In this document: piece after piece, positions 39,078 through 61,047 of the stretch
Layout: the number at the start of each line of letters is the position of its first letter
Numbering within the stretch: position 1 is the stretch's first letter
Assembly (NCBI GenBank): GCA_963755285.1
Contig: CAVWJB010000003.1
Coordinates: 104,832 to 168,831 of the forward strand
Length of the DNA stretch: 64,000 bases
Direction: 5' to 3'
Origin: an uncultured Chloroflexia bacterium
GTDB lineage: Bacteria; Chloroflexota; Limnocylindria; Limnocylindrales; CSP1-4
Notes under the pieces: generated by a model
The model's database searches: none
Told to the model about the DNA's origin: nothing
What the model saw: only the letters and a program-made list of their open reading frames with translations
Made by a program: the position numbers and the translations under genes

Positions 39078-39905
39078 CTACTTGCGGTGCCTGGACCGGA
39101 CGATGAGCCGGCCGCTGGTCTTGTTGCGTCTGGTCCGATAGCCCATCGCGGGCTTGCCCCACGGGGTCTTGGGCGGCATCCCGGTCGGGGACTTGCCCTC
39201 GCCGCCACCATGGGGATGGTCGCGCGGGTTCATCACGACGCCGCGGACCTCGGGTCGCTGGCCCATGTGCCGGGCCCGGCCCGCCTTGCCGAGGTTCTGG
39301 TTCTCGTGGTCGAGGTTGGACACCTGGCCGACCGTCGCCATGCAGCGGATGCTGACCCGGCGGACCTCACCCGACGGCAGCCGGACCTGGGCGTAGTCGC
39401 CCTCCTTGGCGAGGAGCTGGGCCGAGACGCCCGCCGAGCGGACGATCTGGCCGCCCTTGCCGGGGACGAGCTCGATGTTGTGGATCGTCGTGCCGAGCGG
39501 GATGTTGGCGATCGGCAGCGCGTTGCCGACCCGCGCCTCGGCGTCGGGCCCGGCGACGACGATGTCGCCGACCTTCAGCCCGTGGGGCAGGAGCATGTAG
39601 CGCTTCTCGCCGTCCCGGTAATGGAGGAGGCCGATCCGGGCCGACCGGTTCGGGTCGTACTCGATCGTGGCAAGGCGAGCCGGCACGCCGATCTTGTCGC
39701 GCTTGAAGTCGATCCTGCGGTAGTGCTGCTTCTCGCCGCCGCCGCGATGGCGGACCGTCAGCCGACCGGCGTTGTTCCGGCCCGAGCCGCGCTTCTGGGC
39801 CTCGAGCAGCGGCTTGTGCGGCTCCCGGGTGGTGATCTCCTCGAAGGTCGAGCGGGTCATCTGGCGGAGGCCCGGGGAGGTTGCCTTGTAGCTTCGGAGC
39901 GGCAT
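39078..39905 (-). CDS. rplB: 50S ribosomal protein L2
   Basis: 275-aa ORF with ...[14 protein letters not shown].... Confidence 0.97.
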   Translation of the reverse strand: MPLRSYKATSPGLRQMTRSTFEEITTREPHKPLLEAQKRGSGRNNAGRLTVRHRGGGEKQHYRRIDFKRDKIGVPARLATIEYDPNRSARIGLLHYRDGEKRYMLLPHGLKVGDIVVAGPDAEARVGNALPIANIPLGTTIHNIELVPGKGGQIVRSAGVSAQLLAKEGDYAQVRLPSGEVRRVSIRCMATVGQVSNLDHENQNLGKAGRARHMGQRPEVRGVVMNPRDHPHGGGEGKSPTGMPPKTPWGKPAMGYRTRRNKTSGRLIVRSRHRK

Positions 39906-39907
39906 CC

Positions 39908-40210
39908 CTACACCCCCTCGAAGAATTCGATCTTGTCGCCGGCGGCAACCGTCACGATGGCTTTCCGCCAGGGCGTGGTGAAGCCGCTGATCCGGCCCCG
40001 CTTCGTCCCGCGCCGCTTCTCCTTGGCCTTCGTCGTCAGGACGTTCACCCCGATGACCTTGACCTTGAACAGCTCCTCGACGGCGGCCTTGATCTGGATC
40101 TTGTTGGCCTCGTCGTGGACGGCGAAGGTGTACTTGCCGCGGCCCGACTCATCCATCGACTTCTCGCTGATGACCGGGCGGACGATGACCTCGTGGGCGG
40201 TCAGGCTCAT
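39908..40210 (-). CDS. rplW: 50S ribosomal protein L23
   Basis: 100-aa ORF. Confidence 0.94.
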   Translation of the reverse strand: MSLTAHEVIVRPVISEKSMDESGRGKYTFAVHDEANKIQIKAAVEELFKVKVIGVNVLTTKAKEKRRGTKRGRISGFTTPWRKAIVTVAAGDKIEFFEGV

Positions 40211-40830
40211 GCGTACACCTCCTCCATCCGGGCCAGCGCGGGCTGCTCGATGAGGACGGTGTCGGCGTTGATCAGGTCGACCACGTTGAGCGAATCGGCC
40301 AGGATCACCTCGACGGTCGGCAGGTTGCGCGACGAGAGGTGGAGGGTGTCGTCACGGGCAGGTGCGACGACGAGCACCCGGCCGGTGGCGCCGACCGCGG
40401 CGAGGACCCCGACCAGGTCGCGGGTCTTGATCGCCTCGAGGCCGAACCCGTCGATCACCTTGATCGCGTCGTCGCCGAACTTGGCGGTCAGCGCCCCGCG
40501 CAGGGCGAGCTGCTTCATCTTCCGCGGCAGGCGCTGCGCGTACGACCTGGGGTGCGGGCCGAACACGACCCCGCCGCCACGATAGTGCGGCGCGGTGCGA
40601 TGGCCCTGGCGTGCCCGGCCGGTCCCCTTCTGGCGGTACGGCTTGCGGCCGCCGCCGCGGACCTCGCCGCGAGTCTTCGTGTCGTGGGTCCCGAGATGGC
40701 GACCGGCCAGCTGGGCGGTCACGACCTGGTGGAGGACGGCGGCGTTGACCGGGGCGTCGAACAGCTGGTCGCTGAGCTCGACGCTGCCGATCGAGGCGCC
40801 GGTCCGGTCGTAGAGGGTCGTCTGCGGCAT
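40207..40830 (-). CDS. rplD: 50S ribosomal protein L4
   Basis: Internal ATG at 40830 gives [24 protein letters not shown]...[18 protein letters not shown]. 207 aa. Confidence 0.95.
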   Translation of the reverse strand: MPQTTLYDRTGASIGSVELSDQLFDAPVNAAVLHQVVTAQLAGRHLGTHDTKTRGEVRGGGRKPYRQKGTGRARQGHRTAPHYRGGGVVFGPHPRSYAQRLPRKMKQLALRGALTAKFGDDAIKVIDGFGLEAIKTRDLVGVLAAVGATGRVLVVAPARDDTLHLSSRNLPTVEVILADSLNVVDLINADTVLIEQPALARMEEVYA

Positions 40831-40832
40831 CG

Positions 40833-41447
40833 TCAGGCCTTCTTCACGAGGATCAGCGAGTTGCGCGACCCGGGCAGTGAGCCGTTGACGAGGAGCAGGT
40901 TCCGCTCGGTGTCGGCCCGGACGATCCGGACCTTCTTGACGGTGACCCGGTCGTCGCCCATGTGGCCGGCCATCTTCATGCCCTTGTAGACCCGGCCGGG
41001 CGTCGTGCCCGGGCCGATCGAGCCGGGCTCGCGGTGGTGGTCCGAGCCGTGGGTCTTCGGCCCGCGGTGGAAGTTGTGGCGCTTGATCTGGCCGGCGAAG
41101 CCCTTGCCCTTCGACACCCCGACGACGTCGACCAGGTCGCCGGCGTTGAACAGGTCGCCGATCGACACGGTCTGGCCGACCTCGTAGGCGTCGACCTCGT
41201 CGACCCGGAACTCGCGGATCGTGGCGACCTTGGGCAGCCCGGCGCGCAGCTGGCCGGTCTCGGGCTTCGACAGGCGCGCGACGACGTCCGTCCCGAGCTG
41301 GACGGCCGTGTAGCCGTCCCGCTCGAGCGTGCGCAGGCGGGTCACCGTGTTCGGCTCGACGGCGAGCACGCTGACGGCGACCATCGTCCCGTCGTCCTGG
41401 AAGACCTGGGTCATGCCGACCTTGCGGCCGATCAATCCGATCGACAT
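40833..41447 (-). CDS. rplC: 50S ribosomal protein L3
   Basis: 204-aa ORF MSIGLIGRKVGMTQVF.... Confidence 0.96.
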   Translation of the reverse strand: MSIGLIGRKVGMTQVFQDDGTMVAVSVLAVEPNTVTRLRTLERDGYTAVQLGTDVVARLSKPETGQLRAGLPKVATIREFRVDEVDAYEVGQTVSIGDLFNAGDLVDVVGVSKGKGFAGQIKRHNFHRGPKTHGSDHHREPGSIGPGTTPGRVYKGMKMAGHMGDDRVTVKKVRIVRADTERNLLLVNGSLPGSRNSLILVKKA

Positions 41448-41498
41448 CAGCCACGTTCCTCCAGCGCCCGCTCAGCCGGCCCGAGGGCAAGGCGGAGC

Positions 41499-41577
41499 CG
41501 AGGACCGGAGCGAGCGCACATCGAGGTGCGTGAGCGAGGAGCGCAGGCGACAACGCGGCCAGCGGGCCGGATCAGCG
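41499..41577 (+). repeat. Intergenic repeat element, copy B (rpsJ-rplC spacer)
   Basis: Sequence is cgaggaccGGAGCGAGCGCACatcgagGTGCGTGAGCGAGgAGCGCaggcGACAACGCGGccagcGGGCCGGATCAGCG. Confidence 0.55.
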
Positions 41578-41586
41578 GGCGCGTCA

Positions 41587-41886
41587 TCACATCTTGATCT
41601 CGATGTCGACGCCCGCAGCAAGCGAGAGTCGCATCAGGGCGTCGACGGTCTTCGCGCTCGGATCCAGGATGTCGACGAGCCGCTTGTGGGTGCGGATCTC
41701 GAACTGCTCCCGGGAGTCCTTGTCGATGAACGGCGAGCGGATCACGGTGAACTTCTCGATCCGGGTCGGCAGCGGCACCGGGCCGACGACATCGGCGCCG
41801 GTCCGTTGGGCCGTCTCGACGATCTGAGCCGCCGACTGATCGAGCAGTCGGTGGTCATAGGCCTTGAGGCGGATCCTGATCCGCTG

Positions 41887-41895
<9 letters not shown>
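41587..41895 (-). CDS. rpsJ: 30S ribosomal protein S10
   Basis: ATG at 41895 gives [21 protein letters not shown].... 102 aa. Confidence 0.96.
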
Positions 41896-43096
<1,201 letters not shown>

Positions 43097-43139
43097 CGTC
43101 GTCTGCTCCTGGCTCCTCTACCGGTCGACGGGACCGCCG

Positions 43140-45215
<2,076 letters not shown>

Positions 45216-45241
45216 GGTCTGTCGTGCTCCTGGGTTCGTGA

Positions 45242-45709
45242 CTACCACTTGAAGTGACTGAAGGCCTTGTTGGCCTCGGCCATCTTGTGGGTGTCCTCGC
45301 GACGCTTGACCGCGGCCCCGAGGCCATTGGCCGCGTCGACGAATTCGGCGGCGAGCTTCTCGCCCATGCTCTTGCCGCTCCGCTTGCGCGCCGCCTGGAC
45401 GAGCCAGCGGACGCCGAGCGACAGGCGGCGGTCGCCCCGGATCTCGACCGGGACCTGGTAGGTCGCGCCACCGACGCGGCGCGGCTTGACTTCGATGATC
45501 GGGGTCGCATTGCGCAGGGCGGCCTCGAGGACCTCGATCCCCGGGCGTCGGGCCTGGGCCTCGGCCCGGGCGAGCGCCTGGCGCATGATCCGGTCGGCCA
45601 GGTTGCGCTTGCCGTCGTGCATCAGCTTCGCGCTGAACCGGGCGGTGGTGCGGTTGGCCGGGACCGACTCGTACTTCGTCTTGCGGGCGACGTTCTGGCG
45701 ACGGGGCAC
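45242..45709 (-). CDS. rpsG: 30S ribosomal protein S7
   Basis: 155-aa ORF. Confidence 0.96.
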   Translation of the reverse strand: MPRRQNVARKTKYESVPANRTTARFSAKLMHDGKRNLADRIMRQALARAEAQARRPGIEVLEAALRNATPIIEVKPRRVGGATYQVPVEIRGDRRLSLGVRWLVQAARKRSGKSMGEKLAAEFVDAANGLGAAVKRREDTHKMAEANKAFSHFKW

Positions 45710-46137
45710 TAGCGGGCTCCGATCGCCGGAGCCGCCTTGGCCCCGTACTTGCTCCGGCCCTGCTTGCGATCACGGACGCCGGCGGCGTCGAGCGTGCCCC
45801 GGATGATGTGGTACTTGACCGACGGCAGGTCCTTGACCTTGCCGCCCCGGACGAGCACGACCGAGTGCTCCTGGAGGTTGTGGCCGATGCCCGGGATGTA
45901 GGCCGTGACCTCCATCTGGTTGGTCAGCCGGACACGGGCAATCTTCCGAAGCGCCGAGTTCGGCTTCTTCGGAGTCATCGTGCGGACCTGAAGGCAGACG
46001 CCACGCTTCTGCGGGGCACCGGGGATGGGCTCCTGGCGCTGCTTCAGGCTGTTCCAGTTCTTGCGCATGGCCGGCGCCTTGACCTTGGGGATCTTGCGCT
46101 TGCGGCCGTGTCGCACGAGCTGGCTGATCGTCGGCAC
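45709..46137 (-). CDS. rpsL: 30S ribosomal protein S12 (with a roughly 13-aa insert after the N-terminal basic segment)
   Basis: GTG at 46137, with AGGAG upstream, gives (M)[14 protein letters not shown]...[10 protein letters not shown]...[18 protein letters not shown]. 142 aa. Confidence 0.94.
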   Translation of the reverse strand: MPTISQLVRHGRKRKIPKVKAPAMRKNWNSLKQRQEPIPGAPQKRGVCLQVRTMTPKKPNSALRKIARVRLTNQMEVTAYIPGIGHNLQEHSVVLVRGGKVKDLPSVKYHIIRGTLDAAGVRDRKQGRSKYGAKAAPAIGAR

Positions 46138-46287
46138 GAAGACGCTGCTCCTATCTCTGTTCGGCGGCTGACCGCCCGGCTCGACCGGCGCCGCGTGGCG
46201 GGGCCGGACGATCAAAGGGTTTGACGGTGGGGTGGCGGTCCGTGACGCACGGGCGGGCGCGTCGGACCTCGATGGCCACGAAGGCGG

Positions 46288-46317
46288 AGGATATCAGCGG
46301 CCCCGAGCGTGTGTCAA
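46288..46317 (-). promoter_or_regulatory. Putative promoter of the rpsL-rpsG-fusA-tuf operon
   Basis: Minus strand reads TTGACA (46317-46312), an 18-nt spacer, then TGaTATCCT (-10 at 46293-46288). The spacer is on the long side. Confidence 0.35.
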
Positions 46318-46363
46318 ACGCGGCGGGGCCGCCGGTGGGCTGGTTGTCGGCGGTTGGCCGGCC

Positions 46364-50911
<4,548 letters not shown>

Positions 50912-51016
50912 GGTTCTCCTCCGCGTCGCCGCCTGGCTCGGTGACGCGATCTGGACCGTGAGCAAGCGAGTTCGGGCTGGCCGGGCGCCGAGCTCGCGGG
51001 TGAAACGTGGTGATGA

Positions 51017-54499
<3,483 letters not shown>

Positions 54500-54560
54500 G
54501 AAACCGCTCCCATCCGAGGAGTGTGGGGAAGAGGGAAAGGGCCGCGCTCACAGAAGGAGT

Positions 54561-54588
54561 AGGATACCGCGATCCAGCGAAAAGTCAA
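54561..54588 (-). promoter_or_regulatory. Putative rpoB promoter
   Basis: Minus strand reads TTGACT (54588-54583), a 16-nt spacer, then TATCCT (54566-54561), about 60 nt upstream of the rpoB ATG. Confidence 0.4.
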
Positions 54589-54754
54589 ACGGGCCCCCGA
54601 CCGACCGACGCCGGCGGCAACGCCCGTCGCCGGCCGGCAGGCTGTCGTCACCGCCGTGGTCCGTCGCGAGCGTCCGCCCTCCGTGAGCCGACGGGGACGG
54701 CAGGCGGGCCCGCTCCGTCCGGTCCGGGCCGGTCTCGTCACGAGGCAGGATAGC

Positions 54755-55582
54755 GTGAAGTTCGGCGTCATCGTCACCACCGGCGACCCGCGGACGGTCG
54801 CCGACCTGGCCGCCGAGGCCGAGGCCGCCGGCTGGGACGGTGTCTTCTACTGGGACGGGATCGCGATCGGCGAGTCCGAGACCTTCGATCCGTGGGTCGT
54901 GATGGCCGCCATGGCGATGCGCACCAGTCGAGTCCGGCTCGGGGCGATCGTCACCCCGCCGTCGCGCCGGCGCCCGTGGAAGCTCGCCCGCGAGACGATG
55001 ACCCTCGATCGCCTGTCCGCCGGCCGGCTCGTCGTTCCGGTTGGGCTCGGCGCGCTCGAGGACGGGGCGTTCGGGAACGTCGGGGAGCCGACCGAGGCGC
55101 GGACCCGGGCCGAGCTCCTCGACGAGTCGCTCGCGATCCTGGAGGGACTCTGGAGCGGCGAACCGTTCGCGTACGCGGGTCGCCACTACCGGTTCGGGCC
55201 GATGACCTTCCGCCCGACGCCGGTCCAGCAGCCACGGATCCCGATCTGGGTCGTGGGAGCGTGGCCCAGCGAGCGGTCGATGCGACGGGTCGTGCGGTTC
55301 GATGGCATCGTCACCCAGACGGACGACCCCGCGGACGTCCGGGCCATCGCCGACTATGTCGCTCGCGAACGCCGGCCATCGGCGGCGGGCGTCCCGTTCG
55401 AGATCGTGGCCCAGGGCTCGACCGCAGCCGACGACGCCGATGCGTCCGCCGTGGTCCTGCCCTTTGCCCAGGCCGGCGCGACGTGGTGGATCGACGCCGA
55501 CTGGGAACGACCGACGGTCGAGTCGGTCCGCCGGCGGATCCTGGCCGGTCCACCGTCGGTCCGACCCGGATCGCCTGAGTAG
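54755..55582 (+). CDS. Luciferase-like monooxygenase (LLM) family flavin/F420-dependent oxidoreductase
   Basis: GTG at 54755 gives (M)KFGVIVTTGDPRTVADLAAEAEAAGWDGVFYWDG... 275 aa. One of only two plus-strand genes. The cofactor cannot be assigned from sequence. Confidence 0.75.
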   Translation: MKFGVIVTTGDPRTVADLAAEAEAAGWDGVFYWDGIAIGESETFDPWVVMAAMAMRTSRVRLGAIVTPPSRRRPWKLARETMTLDRLSAGRLVVPVGLGALEDGAFGNVGEPTEARTRAELLDESLAILEGLWSGEPFAYAGRHYRFGPMTFRPTPVQQPRIPIWVVGAWPSERSMRRVVRFDGIVTQTDDPADVRAIADYVARERRPSAAGVPFEIVAQGSTAADDADASAVVLPFAQAGATWWIDADWERPTVESVRRRILAGPPSVRPGSPE

Positions 55583-55611
55583 CTCGCGAGCAGCAACTCT
55601 CGGTTGAGGGT

Positions 55612-55627
55612 GGCCGCTCGCTCGGCC
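55612..55627. terminator. Possible bidirectional hairpin between the convergent LLM gene and rplL
   Basis: GGCCG-ctcgct-CGGCC: 5-bp GC stem, 6-nt loop, no U-tract. Confidence 0.25.
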
Positions 55628-55633
55628 GAAGCC

Positions 55634-56029
55634 CTACTTGATCTCGACCTTGCCGCCTACCTCTTCGATGGCCGCCTTGATCTTCTCGGCCTCGTCCTTC
55701 GTCACGCCTTCCTTGACGGGCTTGGGTGAGGCGTCGACGAGGTCCTTGGCTTCCTTGAGCCCGAGGCCGGTCAGCTCGCGAACGACCTTGATGACCGGGA
55801 TCTTGTTGGGCCCGATCTCGGTGAGCGTCGCGGTGAACTCGGTCTGCTCCTCGGCCGCGGCGGCCTCGGCCGGGGCGGCACCCGGGGCGGCCGACGCTGC
55901 CGCCACCGCCACCGGGGCGGCCGCGGTGACGCCGAAGCGGTCCTCGAACTTCTTCTTGAACTCCGACAGCTCGAGGACGGTCATCTTCTCGAAGGCCTCG
56001 ATGAGCTGATCGGCGGTGAGAGTCGCCAT
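55634..56029 (-). CDS. rplL: 50S ribosomal protein L7/L12
   Basis: 131-aa ORF with an Ala-rich hinge and ...[18 protein letters not shown].... Confidence 0.96.
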   Translation of the reverse strand: MATLTADQLIEAFEKMTVLELSEFKKKFEDRFGVTAAAPVAVAAASAAPGAAPAEAAAAEEQTEFTATLTEIGPNKIPVIKVVRELTGLGLKEAKDLVDASPKPVKEGVTKDEAEKIKAAIEEVGGKVEIK

Positions 56030-56104
56030 GTCGGTTGATCCTCCTGGATCTGGCGCCGGGTCCGATATCGGGCCCGACAGGTGGAGTCGTGGTCTGGTGA
56101 GTGA

Positions 56105-56629
56105 TTAGGAGTTGGCTGCGCGCTGGTCGGCGAGCGCCCCGATCCCACCGGCGACGTCGCGCAGCGGCGCGTCGAACAGTCCGGCGAGGGTCGCCAGCGG
56201 AGACGTGATGGCTCCGACGATCTGGGCCAGCAGGACGTCCCGCGGCGGGAGCGTCGCGAGACGGGTGACCCCGTCGGCGTCGATCGCGCGGCTGCCGAGG
56301 ATGGCGCCCTTGACCTTGACGATCTTGTACGGCCGGGTCGCGTCGAGGACCGCCTTCGCGACAGCGGCCTCGTCCCCGGTCCCGAACGCGATCGCGGTCG
56401 GGCCCTCGAGCATCGGCGGCAGCGCGTCGTTGCCCGACTCGGTCGCGGCGATCCGCATGAGCCGGTTCTTGACGACCCGGTACGACACGTCCTGCTTGCG
56501 CAGCGACCGCCGGATCTCGGCGATCTCACCCACCTTGAGGCCGCGGTACTCGGAGACGATCAGCGTCGTGCTGTTGGAGAGCTCCTCCTTCAGCGCAGCG
56601 ACGGTCTCTCGCTTGGCCTCGGTCGGCAT
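56105..56629 (-). CDS. rplJ: 50S ribosomal protein L10
   Basis: Internal ATG at 56629 gives MPTEAKRETVAALKEELSNSTTLIVSEYRGLKV.... 174 aa. Confidence 0.94.
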   Translation of the reverse strand: MPTEAKRETVAALKEELSNSTTLIVSEYRGLKVGEIAEIRRSLRKQDVSYRVVKNRLMRIAATESGNDALPPMLEGPTAIAFGTGDEAAVAKAVLDATRPYKIVKVKGAILGSRAIDADGVTRLATLPPRDVLLAQIVGAITSPLATLAGLFDAPLRDVAGGIGALADQRAANS

Positions 56630-56984
56630 CTTGTCGACCTCCCGTAGTTCGTGCGCGCGGCCGGCGCGCGGCGGTGGCACCGATCCGGCCGGCGGCCGGA
56701 TCGACCCTGCGACGGTCCACTTGCGTCTGCAGGGTGGCGCCACCCGCGGAGCGGGAGGCTCGTCCTGCCTCGGCGTGCTCGCCGTCGTCCCCGGGCGAAC
56801 CCGGTCCGTGCGGCGGTTCAAGCCCCGACCGTCCCTCCCCCATGGGGTGAGGCGCGGTCCGCGGGCGCAGGCTGTCTTGGGCGTCCGTCGTTCTTCGATT
56901 GTCAGGCGACGCACCCGCGGTCATCCCGCCGGCCGTCGCCGCGTTTGGTGCCGCCGCCGGTGTCCGGCGACGGTGCTGTGACGA
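56630..56984 (-). promoter_or_regulatory. Long (355-nt) GC-rich untranslated leader upstream of rplJ; candidate L10(L12) autoregulatory leader
   Basis: No credible ORF. Several GC hairpins are present, for example GGATCGGTGCC / CCGGCCGCCGGCCGG. The position matches known L10 leaders, but I could not verify the Rfam consensus by eye. Confidence 0.35.
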
Positions 56985-57689
56985 CTAGGCTACCGCGGCC
57001 GCCAGCGTCGCCGGGATATCGACCCGGATGCCGGGGCCCATGGTGCTGGCGACCGACAGCGACTTGAGGTACTGACCCTTCGCCCCGGCAGGCTTGGCCC
57101 GGTTGATCGCGTCGACCAGGGCAGCGAGGTTCTCGAGGAGCGCCTCCGAGCTGAAGCTGCCCTTGCCGAACGCGACGTGGACGATCGCGCCCTTGTCGAC
57201 CTTGAACTCGACCCGGCCGCCCTTGACCTCCTTGAGCGCCCGTTCGATGTCGAACGTGATCGTGCCCGACTTCGGGTTCGGCATCAGGCCCTTGCGACCG
57301 AGGATCTTGCCGAGCTTGCCGACCAGGCCCATCGTGTCGGGCGTGGCCAGCGCGACGTCGAACTCGAGCCAGCCGGCCTCGATCTTCTTGACCAGGTCCT
57401 CGGCCCCGACCTCGTCGGCGCCGTTGCGCAGCGCCTCCTGGGCCTTCTCGCCCTGGGCGAACACCACGACCCGAACGACCTTGCCCGTGCCGTGCGGCAG
57501 GACCACGGTCCCGCGGACCATCTGGTCGGCGTGGCGGGGGTCGACCCCGAGCCGGATGTGGGCCTCGACCGTCGGGTCGAAGTTGACCGTGCTCGTCTGC
57601 CGCAGGAGCTCGGCCGCCTCGTCCGGGAGGTAGACCTTGTCGTGGTCGACGAGCTTGGCGGCCTCGATGTACTTCTTGCCGTGTCCCAT
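56985..57689 (-). CDS. rplA: 50S ribosomal protein L1
   Basis: 234-aa ORF. Confidence 0.96.
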   Translation of the reverse strand: MGHGKKYIEAAKLVDHDKVYLPDEAAELLRQTSTVNFDPTVEAHIRLGVDPRHADQMVRGTVVLPHGTGKVVRVVVFAQGEKAQEALRNGADEVGAEDLVKKIEAGWLEFDVALATPDTMGLVGKLGKILGRKGLMPNPKSGTITFDIERALKEVKGGRVEFKVDKGAIVHVAFGKGSFSSEALLENLAALVDAINRAKPAGAKGQYLKSLSVASTMGPGIRVDIPATLAAAVA

Positions 57690-57759
57690 GTCTGGTTCCT
57701 CTCTGGCGGCCGGCGAGTCCGGCCTCCCCTCTGCGCGGGGTGGGCGTGGGTGCCGAGGT

Positions 57760-58185
57760 CTAGCCGACGACCTCGAGACCCATGGATCGGGCGGTGCCCT
57801 CGATCTGGCGAGCGGCAGCCTCCACGTCGTTGGCGTTGAGGTCGCTCATCTTGATCGCGGCGATCTCCCGGAGCTGATCACGGGTGACCCGGCCGGCCGT
57901 CTCCCGGCCGGGTGTCTGCGACCCGGTCTCGATCCCGGCGGCCTTGCGCAGGAGATCGGCCGCGGGCGGGGTCTTGAGGATGAACGTGAACGAGCGATCC
58001 TCGAACACCGTGATCTGGGCCGGGATGATCTGGCCCGACTTGTCGGCGGTCTTCTCGTTGTAGGCCTTGGTGAACTCGACGATGTTGATGCCATGCGGGC
58101 CGAGCGCCGTTCCGACCGGCGGGGCGGGGGTCGCCTTGCCGGCGGGCAGCTGGAGGGTCAGGACGATGCGGATCTTCTTGGCCAC
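57760..58185 (-). CDS. rplK: 50S ribosomal protein L11
   Basis: 141-aa ORF with a GTG start, (M)[31 protein letters not shown].... Confidence 0.96.
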   Translation of the reverse strand: MAKKIRIVLTLQLPAGKATPAPPVGTALGPHGINIVEFTKAYNEKTADKSGQIIPAQITVFEDRSFTFILKTPPAADLLRKAAGIETGSQTPGRETAGRVTRDQLREIAAIKMSDLNANDVEAAARQIEGTARSMGLEVVG

Positions 58186-58220
58186 GGTAGGAGAGGTTCC
58201 TTTCTAGCGGGCGTCAGCGC

Positions 58221-58280
58221 GGTGAGCATCGGGCCGGGAGCGCGCAGAGCCGACAACGCGGGCATCGGCCGTCCGGGCGG
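58221..58280 (+). repeat. Degenerate copy D of the intergenic repeat (nusG-rplK spacer)
   Basis: Sequence is GGTGAGCatcgggccgGGAGCGCgcagagccGACAACGCGGGCATCGGCCgtccgggcgg. It shares the 3' half with copies A and B. Confidence 0.35.
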
Positions 58281-58283
58281 TGA

Positions 58284-58856
58284 TCACAGTTTCTCGACTT
58301 GGAGGAAGTCAAGCTCGACCGGCGTCTCGCGGCCGAAGATGCTGACGAGGACCTTGACCTTGTTGCGCTCGGGGTTGACCTCGTCGACCGTGCCGATGAA
58401 CTCGGCGAACGGCCCGTCGGTGACCCTGACGCTCTGGCCCTTCATGAACGCGACCCGGTACTTCGGGGTCTCGACGCCCATCGTCCGGAGGATCTGCTTG
58501 ACCTCGTGATCGGCGAGCGGGATCGGCTCGTTGCGCTGGCCGGGAATGTTGCCGCCACCGACGAAGCTGGTCACGCCCGGCGTGTTCCGCACGACGAACC
58601 AGCTGTCCGGGTCGAGGATCATCTCGACCAGGACGTAGCCCGGGTAGACCTTCTTCTGGACGGTGTGGCGCTGGCCCTGGCGGATCTCGATCTCGTCCTC
58701 CATCGGGACCAGGACCTGGAAGATCTTGTCGTCCATGCCCATCGACTCGATCCGATGCTCCAGGTTCGTCTTCACCTTGTTCTCGTAGCCCGAGTAGGTG
58801 TGGATGACGTACCAGTGCTTCTGGGGGGCCTGGGTCTCGGTCGTGATTTCGGTCAT
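58284..58856 (-). CDS. nusG: Transcription termination/antitermination factor NusG
   Basis: 190-aa ORF ...[17 protein letters not shown]... with a KOW domain. Confidence 0.95.
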   Translation of the reverse strand: MTEITTETQAPQKHWYVIHTYSGYENKVKTNLEHRIESMGMDDKIFQVLVPMEDEIEIRQGQRHTVQKKVYPGYVLVEMILDPDSWFVVRNTPGVTSFVGGGNIPGQRNEPIPLADHEVKQILRTMGVETPKYRVAFMKGQSVRVTDGPFAEFIGTVDEVNPERNKVKVLVSIFGRETPVELDFLQVEKL

Positions 58857-58865
58857 GTGTCGGTC

Positions 58866-59057
58866 CTAACCCAGTGTCTGGATGTAGTTGAGGCCCTGGG
58901 TGAAGACGAAGTCGACGACCGAGATGAACACGCCGACGACGAAGCTCACCAGGAAGACCAGGAACGTGAGGTTCAGGGTCTGCTGGCGAGTCGGCCAGGT
59001 GACCTTCTTCAACTCAGACCATGACTCGTCGAGGAATTGACGGATCCGCTGCAACAC
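58866..59057 (-). CDS. secE: Preprotein translocase subunit SecE
   Basis: 63-aa ORF with a single TM helix, in the canonical position upstream of nusG. Confidence 0.88.
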   Translation of the reverse strand: MLQRIRQFLDESWSELKKVTWPTRQQTLNLTFLVFLVSFVVGVFISVVDFVFTQGLNYIQTLG

Positions 59058-59096
59058 TTGGGTCTCGATGCCTTCAGGTACGGATGGAAGACGAGG

Positions 59097-59172
59097 TGGC
59101 AGGGGCGATAGGACTCGAACCTACAACCGCCGGTTTTGGAGACCGGTGCTCTGCCAATTGAGCTACACCCCT
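59097..59172 (-). tRNA. tRNA-Trp (anticodon CCA), CCA encoded
   Basis: The reverse complement AGGGGTGTAGCTCAATTGGCAGAGCACCGGTCTCCAAAACCGGCGGTTGTAGGTTCGAGTCCTATCGCCCCTGCCA folds as a cloverleaf by hand. Confidence 0.93.
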
Positions 59173-59183
59173 CCGGTGGATCG

Positions 59184-59339
59184 CTACTTCGCCTCCCGAT
59201 GAAGCGTATGGCGGCGGTCCCGCGGACAGTATTTCATGAGCTCGATCCGGTTGGGATCGTTCTTCTTGTTCTTGCGCGTCGCGTACGTCCGCTCGCGGCA
59301 CTCGGTGCAGGCGAGCAGGATGACCGGACGGTTCTCGAC

Positions 59340-59348
<9 letters not shown>
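59184..59348 (-). CDS. rpmG: 50S ribosomal protein L33
   Basis: ATG at 59348 gives [54 protein letters not shown]. 54 aa. Confidence 0.93.
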
Positions 59349-60549
<1,201 letters not shown>

Positions 60550-60661
60550 GTGAGCGCTTACTCCAGACTGTTGGTGCTATGGCGGCGCGGCTGCGCCGCG
60601 CCGGAACCGCGGGCAGTTCGGCCCGCCTCCGGGGGGATCATCGGACCCACGGCCGCGATGA

Positions 60662-60737
60662 TGGAGCCCACAATCGGACTCGAACCGATGACCTCTTCCT
60701 TACCAAGGAAGTGCTCTGCCAGCTGAGCTATGTGGGC
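60662..60737 (-). tRNA. tRNA-Thr (anticodon GGT), CCA encoded
   Basis: Reverse complement is GCCCACATAGCTCAGCTGGCAGAGCACTTCCTTGGTAAGGAAGAGGTCATCGGTTCGAGTCCGATTGTGGGCTCCA. Confidence 0.93.
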
Positions 60738-60758
60738 CCGGTAGAACCCTTCATGAGA

Positions 60759-60843
60759 TGGTGGGCAGGGAGGGAATCGAACCCCCACAGTCGAAGACGG
60801 CTGATCTACAGTCAGCGGAGCTCACCACCTGCTCAACCTACCC
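60759..60843 (-). tRNA. tRNA-Tyr (anticodon GTA), long variable arm, CCA encoded
   Basis: Reverse complement is GGGTAGGTTGAGCAGGTGGTGAGCTCCGCTGACTGTAGATCAGCCGTCTTCGACTGTGGGGGTTCGATTCCCTCCCTGCCCACCA. Confidence 0.92.
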
Positions 60844-60903
60844 ACTGAGCGTGTCCGGTGACGCTGCGGCGTCGTGGTGCACCCGGCACGCGATGATTCG
60901 CGC

Positions 60904-60979
60904 TGGAGCCGACGACGGGACTCGAACCCGGAACCGGCGGTTTACAAAACCGCTGCTCTACCAATTGAGCTACGTCGGC
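60904..60979 (-). tRNA. tRNA-Thr (anticodon TGT), CCA encoded
   Basis: Reverse complement is GCCGACGTAGCTCAATTGGTAGAGCAGCGGTTTTGTAAACCGCCGGTTCCGGGTTCGAGTCCCGTCGTCGGCTCCA. There is one C-U mismatch at the base of the T stem. Confidence 0.9.
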
Positions 60980-61047
60980 GCGCGCAGGACCATACCGCAG
61001 GTGACCCTGTGGCGCCCGGGAATGATAGGCGGTGGCGGGCGCGAGCG

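Noticed and set aside
57690-57759. L1-binding leader between rplK and rplA (GGGAGGCCGGACTCGCCGGCC)
   Set aside because: There is only a vague resemblance to the L1 rRNA/mRNA site (GGGAG...GAC). I cannot support it without a covariance-model search.
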